Source: Eubacteriales bacterium
Lineage (GTDB): Bacteria; Bacillota; Clostridia; Oscillospirales; CAG-382
Assembly: GCA_045589515.1 (NCBI GenBank)
Contig: JAZNPH010000050.1
Span: 72,880 to 136,879 of the forward strand
Reading direction: 5' to 3'
Length of the DNA: 64,000 nt
The notes beneath the pieces are model-generated. The model saw nothing but the letters and a program-made list of their open reading frames with translations. It did no database searches and was not told the DNA's origin. Position 1 is the stretch's first letter; each line of letters starts with the position of its first letter. The position numbers and the translations under genes were made by a program. Below are positions 62,826 to 64,000 of the stretch, piece by piece.

Positions 62826-63717
62826 CCTGTCCGGCAAACGGCTGGACGTTTGGCTTGCGGAAGCGGCGGAGATCAGCCGCTCCAGAGCTCAACAGCTTAT
62901 CGAAGGCGGGGAAGTTCTGCTGAATGGCAAGGTCGCCAAAAAGCGAGATACGGTCTTCCAAGGGGACGAGGTGACTTACGAGATCCCCGAGCCTGAGGAG
63001 ATCGAGGCTGTTCCCCAGGATCTTCCCATTACCATCGTATACGAGGACGACCATTTGCTGGTGGTGGACAAGCCCCAGGGAATGGTGGTACATCCTGCTC
63101 CGGGGAATCCCGACGGCACTTTGGTAAACGCCTTGCTGTACCATTGCAAGGGAAGGCTTTCTTCCATCAACGGCATGGTGCGGCCGGGTATCGTCCACCG
63201 CATCGATTAGGATACCTCGGGTCTGCTCATCGTGGCCAAAACCGATGAAGCCCATCGGGGTCTGGCAGAGCAGATCGCCGTCCACAGCTTTGTCCGCCGC
63301 TACGAGGCGGTGTGCGTGGGTAGCTTCCGCGAGGAGGCGGGGACGGTGAACGCCCCCATCGGCAGGAGTAAAACCGACCGCAAGAAAATGGCGGTGACAC
63401 AGGAAAACTCCAAGCCCGCCGTCACCCATTATCGGGTGTTGGGGGAAACGAAAAACAAGATGTATTCGCATCTGGAGCTCACTCTGGAAACAGGGCGTAC
63501 CCACCAGATCCGCGTGCATATGGCCTATATGGGGCACCCCGTGGCGGGAGATCCCGTGTACGGCACCGAAAAGCACCGTTTGGGGCTTTCGGGACAATGT
63601 CTGTTTGCAAAATTTATTCAATTTACTCATCCCGTTACCGGTGCGGTTTTGGCTTTTGAAGCGGATCGCCCACAGTTTCTCAGGGAAACTCTGCAGAAGC
63701 TCGGGATCGGAGGCTAA
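62797..63717 (+). pseudogene. rluD: 23S rRNA pseudouridine synthase RluD, interrupted by one in-frame TAG (63208-63210)
   Basis: GTG start after a GGAGGAGG SD. S4 domain (RLDVWLAE..SRS). Then RPGIVHRID-TAG-DTSGLLIVAKTDEAH. Both halves are in the same frame with no other lesion. Confidence 0.85.
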
Positions 63718-63748
63718 ACTCTAAAACATAGAGTTGGAAAGGCTTATT

Positions 63749-64000
63749 ATGCAAAAGCAGGAACTCTTGATGCTTGCCGAAAAGGCGGCGGAAATCAGAA
63801 AACTGGCGGTAGACGCTATCTACCACGCCAAGTCCGGTCATCCCGGCGGCTCTCTGTCCATCGCAGAGATCATGGCGTACCTTTATTTCAAGGAACTGAA
63901 GGTGGATGCGAAAAACCCTGCAGACCCGGAGCGTGACCGCTTCGTGCTGTCCAAGGGTCATTGCTGTCCCGCACTTTACGCCGCTCTGGCCATGAAGGGC
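63749..64000 (+). CDS. tkt: transketolase, N-terminal subunit (3' end lies outside the window)
   Basis: AKSGHPGGSLS and DRFVLSKGH motifs. GGAAAGG SD. The frame is open to the window edge. Confidence 0.88.
   Translation, partial: MQKQELLMLAEKAAEIRKLAVDAIYHAKSGHPGGSLSIAEIMAYLYFKELKVDAKNPADPERDRFVLSKGHCCPALYAALAMKG

Noticed and set aside
1-64000. A search by eye for CRISPR repeats, rRNA or tRNA genes, IS or transposase, integrase or recombinase, phage, toxin-antitoxin, restriction-modification, retron/DGR reverse transcriptase, or other known defence genes.
   Set aside because: None was found. All non-coding gaps longer than 100 nt are accounted for by promoters, leaders, terminators, the duplicated cassette module or short palindromic elements. 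No ORF shows the motifs of these families.

Overview
The window is GC-rich Firmicutes/Clostridia-type chromosome. An intact pro-sigma-K gene and a DUF1540 gene point to a spore former, and the gene content resembles Oscillospiraceae-like gut anaerobes. This taxonomic placement is inferred from gene content only.

About 70 CDS are packed tightly, and almost all are recognisable housekeeping genes in classic Firmicutes synteny:
- rplS-lepB-ylqF-rnhB-yraN-thrC
- nifS-like/thiI
- rny-ymdB-yajC
- proBA and sigK
- a roughly 14.5 kb minus-strand gene train: tmk, DJ-1, CPBP, mltG, U32, P-loop ATPase, korDABC, ispDF, nagA-like, two M16 peptidases, lgt
- hflX and rpmE; queA
- miaA, yggS, sepF, yggT, divIVA, ileS, lspA, rluD, and the start of tkt

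One clear RNA element is present, a TPP riboswitch in front of thiT. I found no rRNA, tRNA, CRISPR array, transposase, integrase, phage gene or recognisable defence gene.

The parts not explained by ordinary annotation are:
1. A visibly AT-richer variable locus between a sugar-phosphate isomerase gene and maf (about 19.98-22.6 kb). Two alternative cassettes sit head to tail. The join leaves a maf 3' fragment fused to an isomerase 3' fragment at a TGCCG microhomology. Each cassette is driven by the same conserved palindrome + consensus promoter + SD + mini-ORF leader module, but carries unrelated membrane or secreted cargo.
2. rluD is interrupted by a single in-frame TAG at the conserved Lys of the HRLDKDTSG catalytic motif. 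None of the roughly 69 complete CDS in the window terminates with TAG.
3. A glycan-type cluster (26.5-32.3 kb) built around a fused xylose-isomerase-like TIM barrel / non-canonical Gfo-Idh-MocA-like protein.
4. Smaller items: a MinD-like P-loop ATPase immediately upstream of korDABC, a MerR promoter with a 19-bp spacer driving tiny membrane proteins, structured palindromic intergenic elements, and two genes that start directly after intrinsic terminators.

All functional calls rest on motif recognition by eye. No database search, RNA folding or statistics was run.
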